Assembly (NCBI GenBank): GCA_973851085.1
Contig: OZ316775.1
Span: 4,526,001 to 4,590,000, forward strand
Length of the DNA stretch: 64,000 nucleotides
Direction: 5' to 3'
Source of the DNA: Ptychomitrium polyphyllum
Taxonomy: Eukaryota
A model generated the notes under the pieces. The model was not told where the DNA came from, did no database searches, and saw only the letters and a program-made list of their open reading frames with translations. Made by a program: the position numbers and the translations under genes. Each line of letters opens with the position of its first letter. Position 1 is the first letter of the stretch. This document shows, piece after piece, positions 1-11,105 of the stretch.

Positions 1-750
1 ATGGAGGGGAAGATTGAGCTGAATCACCCTAGCGGTGAAAACCCTTCATCTCTGGAGCTAGAGGTTGATCAGCTGAATAAATCATGTAAATCAGTTCTCC
101 ATAATTAGCCTAAGATAATCAATATTAGGGTAATATAGACTTAATAGTTGAGCCGTACTTTGCTTCAAGTGAGGGTATACTACATGTACAGACACAAGGT
201 CGTATGACCTGCTTGTTCTCACTTGTTATATTTTGGACGTTAATATGAAGTAAATCCATCTCTAAGTATTTTCATATATGTAAGTTATTGTCGTTTTCAA
301 TGGTGTGTGTAACGCCAATCGGCTTCTTTGTTGATTGGCCTCTGTTTTGTTTTACTATATTTCAAGCTAAAGGTCCTATCATTCTAGACTAATGAACGAT
401 ATCAACTAGATTGTGTCTTGGCAAATAGCAGCGCGACTCATATAGTAAACCCTATTGTTTTGTACAGTCAAGCCGGGGTCTCGAGATGAAATCTTAGAAA
501 TGTAGCAACAGATGCAAGCACAATTTCATGTGGAGGTAGTCATAAGTGAAGTGATAGTATTCATTTTCTTCTGCAAATGGTTTATTTTATAAAACGAACA
601 AGATTGCTCATCACAAGCATCCTCTAACTAGACACTACACATGACATGCTGAACCTCTTGAATTCACTTTGGCCTCGATGGGTAAAAAGACCATTTGGGG
701 AGCAATCACTACGGAAATCAGTACGCAGCATATACTCTTGCAGATCCCAA

Positions 751-854
751 TGTTGCCTACATGACGACATTGGCTCTGTTGCCTACATGACGACATTGGC
801 TCTGTTGCCTACATGACGACATTGGCTCTGTTGCCTACATGACGACATTGGCTC
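751..854. repeat. Perfect tandem repeat, 4 x 26 bp (TGTTGCCTACATGACGACATTGGCTC)
   Basis: Four identical head-to-tail units starting at 751, 777, 803 and 829, with no spacers. Confidence 0.95.
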
Positions 855-2989
855 AGGAAGAGGAGGAAGAGAGGAAGAGTGGCCCAACAACATCGCATTA
901 ACATGCACCTAGTTCTTTCTAAGATCCATCACTAAATAGGTCAGGCTACTTTTCCAAAACAAACATTGAAATAGCTTCTTGCAAATTATATTTGATTTCA
1001 AATGGCAACGTTAAAGAACATAAAACATGCTCTTCCCTTGTGCATTACAGCCACATAGAGCAATTCAATCCAACAATTGGCTTTAGAAAGTTCATATGCA
1101 AATTATTTAAATAATGTTGTTCAAGGGATTACTCAAAATTCATCCACAAATCACTATCTAGTATAATTTTATTTTTAGCAATAACAGTAGCTTGAGCCAG
1201 AACCGTGCTTGTAATCTAGTGCCATAGTAATGTGTATGATAAATTATTAAAAACAACACTGATCCCCTAAGGCAATTAAAAATATTCTTGTTTTTCAGTG
1301 TAAAAGAGACTAGTGTTTGGGCTCATTACCAGAAAATTCGTTTGTGCAGAGGGATCGCGGAGAGTGGCACTCAAAGATTTCTCCTCTAGCTCCAAGTATC
1401 AAACGCACATCGACCTCGAGAACATTATAAGGAAAATTAACCTTGCCTGAAAGAGTAGTGTTTGTTTAATAGCTCAGATAGGGAGGGCCTGCCACCCTTC
1501 TAGCTAGTAAGCACTGGACGTGAAAAACATCACACCAACGCACCCGTAGGAGTCACTAATACTCGACCAGCAGCTTGAGTTCGCCTTAGTACCGGAGTGT
1601 GCACCTTACTTTAAGGATGACAATCGGTTAAAAATGGCGAACTGTTGAAGTTAGTTTGGGTTATACGGCGATCAAGTTCGGAACTATTGGTCTGACAATG
1701 GCGTGGTTGAATAACCATAATAGTTTCTCACAAGTTGGAAACGTTTGGTTGATAATATGCTAATTTGAGAGCTTTTAGTTAGATTGGTATTGAATTGCAT
1801 TCTCTTACTTCCTATTAAGTACTCGAGGGAATCAAGACTGAACATAAGATTAGTTTGTTTGTTTGCCGCAACGTAAATGAATATTTTGCTAACACAAAAA
1901 CCTCAGCTGTTTGTGCAGCATTTCGTCGTACTCATGAGGATCTCGAACTTGCGATGAGAAGTGAAACATCCTGCCCCAACTCACATATATACTGGTTAGC
2001 ATCACCTTCCAGGATCATGATTACGATTTGTGGCGTAGGCTGGGTGTGGGGTTTGTCCAGCAGCAGCATTGGTGATCAGTAGCTAGTAGGTGAACAACTT
2101 CTATTTTCATCACTGATTCTCACATAAGCTGAAGGTCACAATTTACATTAATGTCGTTGCGAGGACTGAAAGATAATTCATGGACTGGATTAAGGACTCC
2201 ATGAGGCGGTTTTTGATACAAGACAGCATTTCATAATTTGCGCAATTAGGTGTGTGCGTGCTCGAATATTGAATCATAACTGTTTCCGTAGTTTCCGATG
2301 TTAGTGATCAAATAATCAGTTGCTTGTGAAAACTCGTTTAGTATGCCATGGAGCCAAATGCTTTTTGCTAGTTTCCAGAACAACTGACTCCTGTTCTTCT
2401 GGTTGATTCTGGTTCTCAAGGCATTCAACAATTAGAGACAAATAGGTTCTGGAAATTTATGTCTACTGATGATTGAACCTGAGAGCTGAGAGCCTGGGAG
2501 ATGATAGATTACTTGACCCTCGGCCTCTCTGATATGGAGGATAGCCTACAAGTTCCTTGATCAACTGATGCACCCATCTTCAAGCTTAATGAGATCCAAT
2601 CCACCCGTCTCTGACGTATTTTCTGAGGTTTATAAGCACCGGTTATCAAGGCAGCTTCCAGCTCCTCACAATAAGAGTGAACACATATGTCCCTTAGATT
2701 TTTCGAGAGTTCTATGTCCTAGTGGCATGAGCTTAGGCAGTTAGCTAACGTTTCAGCTCTGAAAAATTATTGCTCTAGGCAGCAGTCCCCCAAGGAAATC
2801 ATCATCTAGCATTCCAGGAACTCATTCTGGATCTCCAAGCTCGTGTTGATTTGTTTGCCGAAATGACACAACATCCTGTTCCACTCAAATCTATCTACAT
2901 AATCTGGAGAGGTACTGAAGGTAAGGAGGTGGCGCTCACATGGATGCAGACACCTTGAGAAACAAAGTCAAATGCCTAATTGCACTATC

Positions 2990-3830
2990 TGATTTCGGTG
3001 AAGAAGGCAGGCTTCTAGTGCAAAATCTCCTTTTACTTATCAATAATATGTCAAACACCACTAATCACCTTGGTTGGGCATGATCTGTGCCAAGGAACGG
3101 TTTAGTGCCACGGAGGACGAGGGATCCATGAAGGAACATTTGACAGAGGTGAGCAGCTTGGCTAAACTGAACCACCCCCACATGAAGCTCTTGTGTAGAA
3201 GTGTACAGCGTAAGATCTCCTTTTTAATGGAACCCATGTTCATGAGTCTGTCTGAATTCATCAAGCAACGATTGAAGCATCTCGAAGCAGGCATCTTGCG
3301 AGCAGCAGCAATCAACATTATGTTGCAGGTTGTGCAGAAAACCTTCGTGAACAAGACATCGTCCACTGTAATTTAAATTCGTCCAACACATTAGTTGCTC
3401 CTTCAAAGTTTGAAAAGCTCCGTAAACTTGGGCTATTGGGATATGGAACTGACCGACTTTGAGCTGGCCAAGATGAAGGTACTTTATATGAAGAAACCCA
3501 CTCAAGAGGTGATGGGAACTACGAAGTGAATGGCACTGAAGATTTAGCGAAAGTGGGGCGATAGACTGGAAGAAGGCGGATGCTTACAGCATCGAAATGA
3601 CATGTTAGAAGATACTCACCGGGGCGAAACTATGCCAAATCGGACCTCTTTCCAAACTTTATGCACGCATCATTGACATTGAAAGGCCATTGTTACCAAG
3701 ATGTCCAAATGAGTTTAACTCAGTGTCCCTGCTAGAAGGTTGGGACACAAGACCAAGAGTTTGGCCATCGTTCAAAAGAATTAGAGAAACCCTTACTTCT
3801 TTCAAAAGTGATTTATTTAAAATTCAATGG
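2990..3830 (+). pseudogene. Decayed protein kinase (TKL/Raf-like) pseudogene
   Basis: Kinase subdomain remnants occur in order: EVSSLAKLNHPH, AINIMLQV, LTDFELAK (DFG->DFE), VMGTTK*MA (GTxxWMAPE), KADAYS...C*KILTG, RPLLP..CP, WDTRP...PSF. There are in-frame stops and frameshifts, and no intact HRD motif. Boundaries are approximate. Confidence 0.8.
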
Positions 3831-4762
3831 AATGACTCCTTTCTAGGGAAATTTGCAAGAAGCATAAAGGGGCCAAGTGTGTGGACAAGTATTCAAAATC
3901 TACCTCGAGTGATAATTTTCAGGCTTACTGTTTCTAAAAGAAATGGACATGGGTTTCAATCTAGAGTATATGATGGAGGATATGTTAAACGATATCCGAC
4001 ATGTTGACTGGGATATGAACACCCACTGTGAAACTCTTGGAGTTCTTTCTGCAGATACGGAGCAATATTTTTCCTGGACTGATATGTATTATGAGAAATT
4101 TATCCATAGGATCTTGTGTTTTTAAAGGGACAAGAAGCACTAACATACAGTGGCTTCGGACTTCTAAACGTCTGGAGTCCTTACATTGGGGCACCTAACT
4201 CAGAATCTAAGCCTTCATTAATCTGTCGAATTAAATTGGTAAAATATAAAAAACATTATTGGACTTCCGGCCAATTGGCCTTGCAAATCTTGACAGGGTG
4301 TACCATATTAAAATATGGCACCAAAAAGTTAGCTGACTAGTTACACACGCTGCAACTTCAGAGCTTGTTGCAGTGCGATATTTTACCACCTTTGACTCAA
4401 ATACCCAAACTCACGCAATATTCTTCACTAAGGCTGTGATTATTGTCCAAGGCAACTTGACCTCCAGCTCGAGACGTCGAGACATGAGTCATTTTGCAAA
4501 AATAATACAGATTTTCAGATTGTGCCATTCACTGTAATTGCAGTGAGCAATGATAGATATCATGTAACCAGCAACCTCAACAATACGCTAGCTTGCCATC
4601 TTCGGGGACCTTCCACTTTAGGGATTTCGAAGGATATAAAACAAGCTCTTCTCTGGGCTTGACAGCCATATGCAGCGATTCAATTCAACAACTCATAGAA
4701 GGTTCACAAGCAGAGAATTAATACATCGCTCAAGGAATCTCCAGAGCATAATGCCTCCTGTT

Positions 4763-6225
4763 TCACTTTGCATTGAAAGAAGCTCCACAACCACAAGCAG
4801 ATGCTGCATTCGGGTTGATGGTGACCTGCCACAAAACGATAAGAAAATAAGAAGCAAGCAAAGGCAATAAGCGATCGTTTGAAAGCAAAGTTGCTATTTC
4901 CAAAAACCAAAATTCAATAAACATTCACAAAATTGTAATCCAGAATTGGATACTTGCTAATACTCAAGTCCTGCTAAAAAAGTTCTAACAACGTTAGATG
5001 CTAGAGTATGATTATGGGCTCAAAAGAAAAACTTAGACTTCAATTATTTCTAAAGGACCCCCGGCTCCGAGAATAATCAAGGACCAAAAGAAGCGAGCGT
5101 CCATGAAACCTCTTACTGCAAAAGAGGCTCGAATGAGTTCTTCAGTGAAATCCACAGTGGCGCCTTTGATGAAACCAAATGAAATATCGTCCACTACAAG
5201 TTTAGCTCCATCACTTTCAAACACTCTGCATAACCAGACCAAAGTAAGAAGCCCATCCAGCTCAAGCCTCATCAGCCTACAAATCAGTAATCATACGAAG
5301 CCATCTAATGCAAGGTGCGCAAAGATTTCAAACTTCTCGTAATTATCTACTGCGTCACTGCCACAAACGATTCTGTCATATGGGAGCTCCACCATTTAGC
5401 CACTTCATCAGCATTAGATGCAGGGCAATCTATCATGTTGATATTCTTGCTCTTATGTAAACAACTCCCAAAATCTCCCAAATTTCACCTAAACCTAAAC
5501 TTAAACCCTAAACACTACAGCGAGAACGACACACAGGGAAGATCGGACAAAGTACCGATCATCCTTATTCACTTTGTCGTCAAGAGCAAAATTGTAAAGA
5601 AAGCCGGAGCATCCGCCCCCTTCCACACTCAACCGGAGCATTTTATTCTCCCCCTCTAGCCCATCTTCACGCTTAATTTCCTGTATCCTCTGTAACCAAA
5701 CAACGCCAAATGAATCCAAACTACCAGATTACACCCAAAATTCACCATATTAGCTCCCACTCACAACTAAATTTACTCTCATCACATGCCCATGAACACC
5801 AAATACCACCAATCTCATCAATCAAAAGCACCCGAATCCCGTCAAACCCCAACGCAAATCCAAACCCGAAACCCTACCCGGATGCAACTGTCGGTCAAAG
5901 TGATACCCTCGGCCACCTTCTCAGCTGGCTTCGACTCCTCGCGCGCTGCAGTGGACGCATGCCGAAACTCTCCCCGTTGCCATGGCGCCACAAAACACTC
6001 CTTTCGACGAATCGCATTGCTATATTCTAACCCTAGCTTCCTAGCAAAACCTAAGTGGTCAACACTGTGTGAGCTTGACAATGAACGCAACGACGATTTG
6101 TAAATTCTACGAGAAAGAAAAGAATCCGAGGAGAGAAGCGAGGAGTGGTTGCGTGAGCTTCGAAGCTGATGGCATAACGTGGAAACGGAGCGCCACAGCT
6201 TGAACGCTAGGGCGTGCCTCGCCAT
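4763..6225 (-). CDS. ISCA: Iron-sulfur cluster assembly protein, IscA/HesB family (ISCA2-like, probably mitochondrial), 217 aa
   Basis: Exons 6225-5878, 5689-5556, 5225-5117 and 4825-4763, all GT-AG, total 654 nt in frame. Motifs: [63 protein letters not shown]. The N-terminus is Arg/Ser-rich like a transit peptide. Confidence 0.93.
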
Positions 6226-6994
6226 CGCCGTGAGCTCGCCTCACCGCGCTCAGGCTTCCAACAGACACCACACTGCCTTCCTGCCCCCTTATTTTCCCCT
6301 TTCGGGCTGCCCGAGGGGCAGGTGCTGACCTTTCGTGACGCCCTGGCCCGCACAAATCTGCCGCTATCTGCCGCTGGAGCTCCACTGTGCGAGACTTTCG
6401 CGAGCAGAGCAGCGGCGGTCGCAGGGTATGGCTCACAGCCGCACTGTGATTGGTCATGGTTTTTGATTTCTTCCATGAGGCTTTACACCTTGTTCTATTG
6501 CCTGTGGGTGGGAGGAGATTGTGGGAGAAGAGGAGCAGATGTGAAGATGGGCAAAAAATGAGTTGGCCACCTACATGGCGGCAGTTATTGTGGATAAGTC
6601 TTTTTTATTACCTCTTTTTGGGAGTGATTTTAAGATAGCGATCCAAGAGTTGATTCATGGAAGTAGATTTTTTCCATCTTCATTTTTTAATCTATCTTAG
6701 GATATCTTTTGCATAATTTATCCATGTCTTGAATTGGAATTTTATTCTATTTTTTTGAAAGAAAAGATGTGAATGGGCCTTTAGAATTGAGAGTGTGCCT
6801 AGAATGGACAAAATTTGTTGCCTATTTTTTGGTTGTGTAAAACAACAGATGTTCCATTGTTTGCCTAGATGGGCAAGGTAGTAGGATGGAGATCGTGGAA
6901 TTCTGGGACATGGGTGGGCTGCAGAATGCCTAGAGTAGGCGTCGAATGCGAGCGTAGAACAATTCACTCGTAATTCCTGGGACAGGGTGCAGAG

Positions 6995-7255
6995 ATGGTG
7001 TTGGAGCTCGTTAAGCTGCTGACGCCGTTGCAAGCAGGAGTAGCGGTGGTGATATGCATGGCGCTGTCCGCTCGTCACGTGGACCTGTACAACAAGCACA
7101 TGGAGAAGTACGCGGCCCTCGCAGGCCCTGTCATTGACAAGAGAGCGCAGAACAGAGGGAGGGAGGAAGCAGAGCATGTCGCTCTGGGGCTTCTCGCAGA
7201 CGGTGGTGTCGCTGATGTGGCTTCTCCGCACAGCTCTGGGGACCGATTGGTGTAG
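6995..7255 (+). CDS. Hypothetical small protein (86 aa) with an N-terminal hydrophobic segment
   Basis: ATG in good context (GAGATGG). The ORF is GC-rich with GC-ending codons against AT-rich flanks, has a hydrophobic stretch AGVAVVICMALSA, and is divergent from the IscA gene. No family recognised. Confidence 0.5.
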   Translation: MVLELVKLLTPLQAGVAVVICMALSARHVDLYNKHMEKYAALAGPVIDKRAQNRGREEAEHVALGLLADGGVADVASPHSSGDRLV

Positions 7256-9498
7256 CGGAATGTCTCTGGATTGATGAAGCAATGGCAGTCGCCCAGGTGG
7301 GTAGTTCTGAAACCCTAAACCTTCGGTGGACACCGATTTTATGGTTTTAGAGGATGAGGAAGAGCATTGTGTCCAGATTTTTTGAGTTTGTGGAAATTCA
7401 GAGGACGAGTTGCGCCTCAAGATCCAGGAATGTGTCACTTGGGGGATAGTTCTTGGTCATTTGGGCACAACGGAGTATAAATCGATTGTGGTTGATTGCA
7501 CATTTTTTAATTGTATTTTCTCAATTCAGGGTTGACGTGTATTATTGTTGTTCTGAGGAGCATCTACTGTGGATGAAAGAGCCAAATACTTGCTGCAAAG
7601 AAGTGAAGTTGTGGTTTTTCGGTGGCGTCTTTGAGACTGAAGTTGACCAAATGTTATTGGAATGATTCGAAGATGAGTTTTTTAAATATGATTTCGGTAC
7701 ACCTGTTTGATGAAAATAGGATAAGAAAATGGGGTTTGAGTCTCTACTGTTGGTTTGTATAGAGAAACAATTTCAGAGGGGCCTCAGACACTCTCGAATG
7801 GCCTAATGCATGCACTAGTCGAAATGGGCTTGCGCTATCTCTTAGCCCATTTGCATCTGCCTGTTTTGGCACTATCCCTGCTCTCTGTTCAGCGTTTGGA
7901 GATCTCGACGGTTCTGAACAGAGTGTGTACCAGACGAAACACTGCATGCATTGGCTGAGTTATTGGAAATGAATTGCTATGCGATTTGCCTTTGATCCCA
8001 AAGCAAACATGGTATGATATCTTCAAATTTACTTTCGACGCTTCATTTAAGCCACTTGTGAGTTGCACTTTCTAATATGGACAGTTGCTGAAAAGGTAAT
8101 TCAGCTTTTGATAATAGTTCTTGTTCCTTTCTTGTAGGCTGACTGCACTGTACTAGAGAGTACTGCTTCATAGTTGCTACTATATTGAAAGTAGAGTAAC
8201 ATTCTGCTTTCATTCTCGGTTTGTGTATATGAATGTCTAACGCAGGAAGACTCTGTTACGAACAGCTGACGTTTTGAATGCAAAGATTTTGGTTGGCTTG
8301 GGTGAATTGTCTCTCTAATATGGCCTTCACCGCTCTGTTACCGCTTGAGCATCACTGCCCTTCTTTTGGTCGATTGAAGTAGAGTGAAGACTAATGATCA
8401 AGGAAATGCTACTTGAACTGCTTTAGCCTTCATGAATTATGTGCCCTTTTTAGCACAAGTTTCTGTTACCTATAACTCAGATTCTCTCAGTAGCTTGTCA
8501 TTCCTTCATTAGAGTCAGACACTTATAATGAACGTAATGTAGCAGTAAACATTTATCAAAGCAGGATTTGTTTATTTGTTGACCTTTTGTTATCTGCATA
8601 TAGATGTGATCTCAAAGTCCTTTGAACCCACACTACTGTAGTCTCTTTTGGGCCATTTGCAATATGCAAGATATTAATCTTTTGAATATTGTACGAATTT
8701 TAATTAATTTTCCAATTTAGAATGACGAAGCAAAGCAGACTCCTGGCTTGTGATACTTTGGCCTCTCATAAGTGACAAGAACACGCGGATGTGGACATAT
8801 ACCGTACATTTGCGATGCAGAGTGAGCATAACTTTTTTTTCTTTTCTCTTTTCAGCTTCTAGCCATGTTGGCGAGGGATGATTGCCATAATGAATCGATA
8901 TTTGATGAATAAATGTAGTACTCCGAAATTCTCTTACAGATTTCATTCTATTTACTTTGACTGGAAGCAAGAGAATTAACTTGCCTGTACACTGATAACC
9001 TCTTGTGACCAAGTCTTGTCAATCGAAGTTTAATTCAAGTTGCATCAAGGATCTGTTGACACCTTATGTCAATGCATCATAGCCTACCTACTCAATGCTC
9101 CTCTTGTCAGAACATAGTGTTTATTCCGCATCATGCTATTAGTATTATGGATAGTAGAGATCCAGGTAGCAGCCGTGACTGTTTGAAATTATTGATCTCA
9201 CATTATGCTTTGCGTCGCTAGTTGTGAAATCACAGAATTTACTTGTGAGCGACGGTAGAATAGTAGACTGAAGGAAGACTTCGGAGAAGCTGAAACGCTC
9301 TGAAGAGGGCCTCCGATGAATACTGGATAAGGTTGTAATTTAGCTGTAATATATTCCTGTTCAATGCAACAAAGTTTCGTTGTGTAATAGCCTTTTTTTT
9401 AAAAAACAAAATGAAGAATTGAAATCACAACAATGACACTGAACAGTACTGAGAAGTTGCCTTATTACCATAATTCCAAGCCACTAAACATTCACCTT

Positions 9499-9723
9499 AG
9501 GGGTACTATCCATGTGTCATTTTGCTGGAGGTCTAGCGGTCTGGATATTTAGACCATGTGTTTTTGTGGTGCATTCTTCCGTTAAACCGCTAGAGGTTTG
9601 GAGGGTGGTGGGGGTGTAGGGCCAGGTCTTTTATCAGTAGCGGAAGAGTGCATCATGGAAAGACATGATTTGGATTCCAGACTAGTAGACCTCCAGCGGA
9701 ATGGTGCATGGAGAGTGCCTCCT
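9499..9723 (+). ncRNA. Long imperfect RNA hairpin, candidate MIRNA/hpRNA precursor
   Basis: Arm ~9499-9583 pairs with arm ~9639-9723 over ~80 bp. Most non-Watson-Crick positions are G:U on the + strand. No known miRNA recognised. Confidence 0.65.
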
Positions 9724-11105
9724 GTCAGATTACAACAATGCTCAGAAAGTGGTAAATAAGTTATAAATCAATATTAGACAACCATTTATGCTTGCAATTT
9801 TCCAAATCAACTTACTGCAATGAGTTCGAAACATCGAAGTCAACATTAAATCATTCGATTACTCCTGGTAGATGGAGCACTGAGCAGAATTGCACTTTAA
9901 AAGTTAAGTAAGTGTAGGTACTGGCGTACACAGTGATGATGGTAGGTAAGCAATTCAAATCATGCTGATACTCGTTGCCAATAGACTAACTAATTACCAA
10001 AATATGATCTGGCACACTCTACCGCATCACGAATCACGACTACGGATTCAAAGTGTGGGAGTGTGCCCTACTCATTTGGTACTCGTGGCAGGTACTTAAC
10101 ACCGTTTACACTACATAATTTAGCATTGGGTACTGCTTACTGCAGGCAGTGACTCGACACTTAAACACCGTCTAGCTACTCAGGTGAGGAACAGGTGACT
10201 ATTTCAACTTGAAGTCGTCAGATCATCCCTTGGTTTTCAACGCTGCCTTCTGCACACATATTTTCTTTTTCTAGTTTCTTTTTCTTTATTTCTTCTTTTC
10301 GCATAACAAATGCAAGTGCATTGCCTTGTGCAAAAGTTCCAGAGTTAGAGCTGGCCCCGAACTGCACTTCAAATTAGTGGCCGCATTAAATAGTTGAAAG
10401 ATAAGCTCCAAGCACACTTTCCTTTTATTTTTCATATTGTTTTGTTTTATTAAACTTCCTGCTCACAAATGAAAGCACCTGTCAATGCAGAAACTGGGTA
10501 CAAAGAAGACGAAAACACTAACATGTACCCCACAGGCCAGAAGACCCGACACTTGAACTGCATATTTAATTCGCCAGGACAGATTCACAGAACCATCATG
10601 CACGCACTGTACCTAGATTCAGGATCCTGTATATTCAGTTGAATATACACAGAGCACCAGATGGTCGATAGAATTCTGATTCGCCTCGTTGGCAAGAAGA
10701 CCCAGGAGTTTCGGGTGAAGCACTAGCAATTTGCGAGTGAGACTGAAAGTGTACGTTGATAGAGCACGTTCGAAGTTGAAATCTTATTCAACAGCACCAA
10801 TAGGTACTAATATACAGTATCTGAAGTAAGCAACAAGATGGGTGATTTAGAGAAAGAATCAATACTGATGACATTGGTTTTATTACTTTTAACAAAATTG
10901 ACAAATTCGATGGACCGACCGATCACCAAACAGATCGAACTCGATTAATAACTGCTGCGGTTCCCTTTGGACCAAACCAATTATAATCGGATTCAAGAGT
11001 GTAGTACTGGCATATTGCTGACGATCGTCTAACGTTAATGAAATCCTAATTGGAAATTTTCATTGAAATTATAAATATAGTGAACTGTGGACAAGCATTC
11101 CATGA

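Noticed and set aside
1..108. Short open frame MEGKIELNHP...VLHN* at the window edge
   Set aside because: It could be the end of an upstream gene, but it is too short and has no recognisable motif.
751..854. 26-bp repeats as a CRISPR array
   Set aside because: The units are contiguous with no spacers, there are no cas genes, and the context is eukaryotic.
6692..7438. 248-aa - strand ORF
   Set aside because: It is the antisense shadow of the GC-rich 6995-7255 ORF, with no domain and an implausible composition.
9499..9723. Hairpin as SRP RNA or miR319/159
   Set aside because: It lacks the SRP helix-8 and Alu motifs and the miR319/159 mature sequence.
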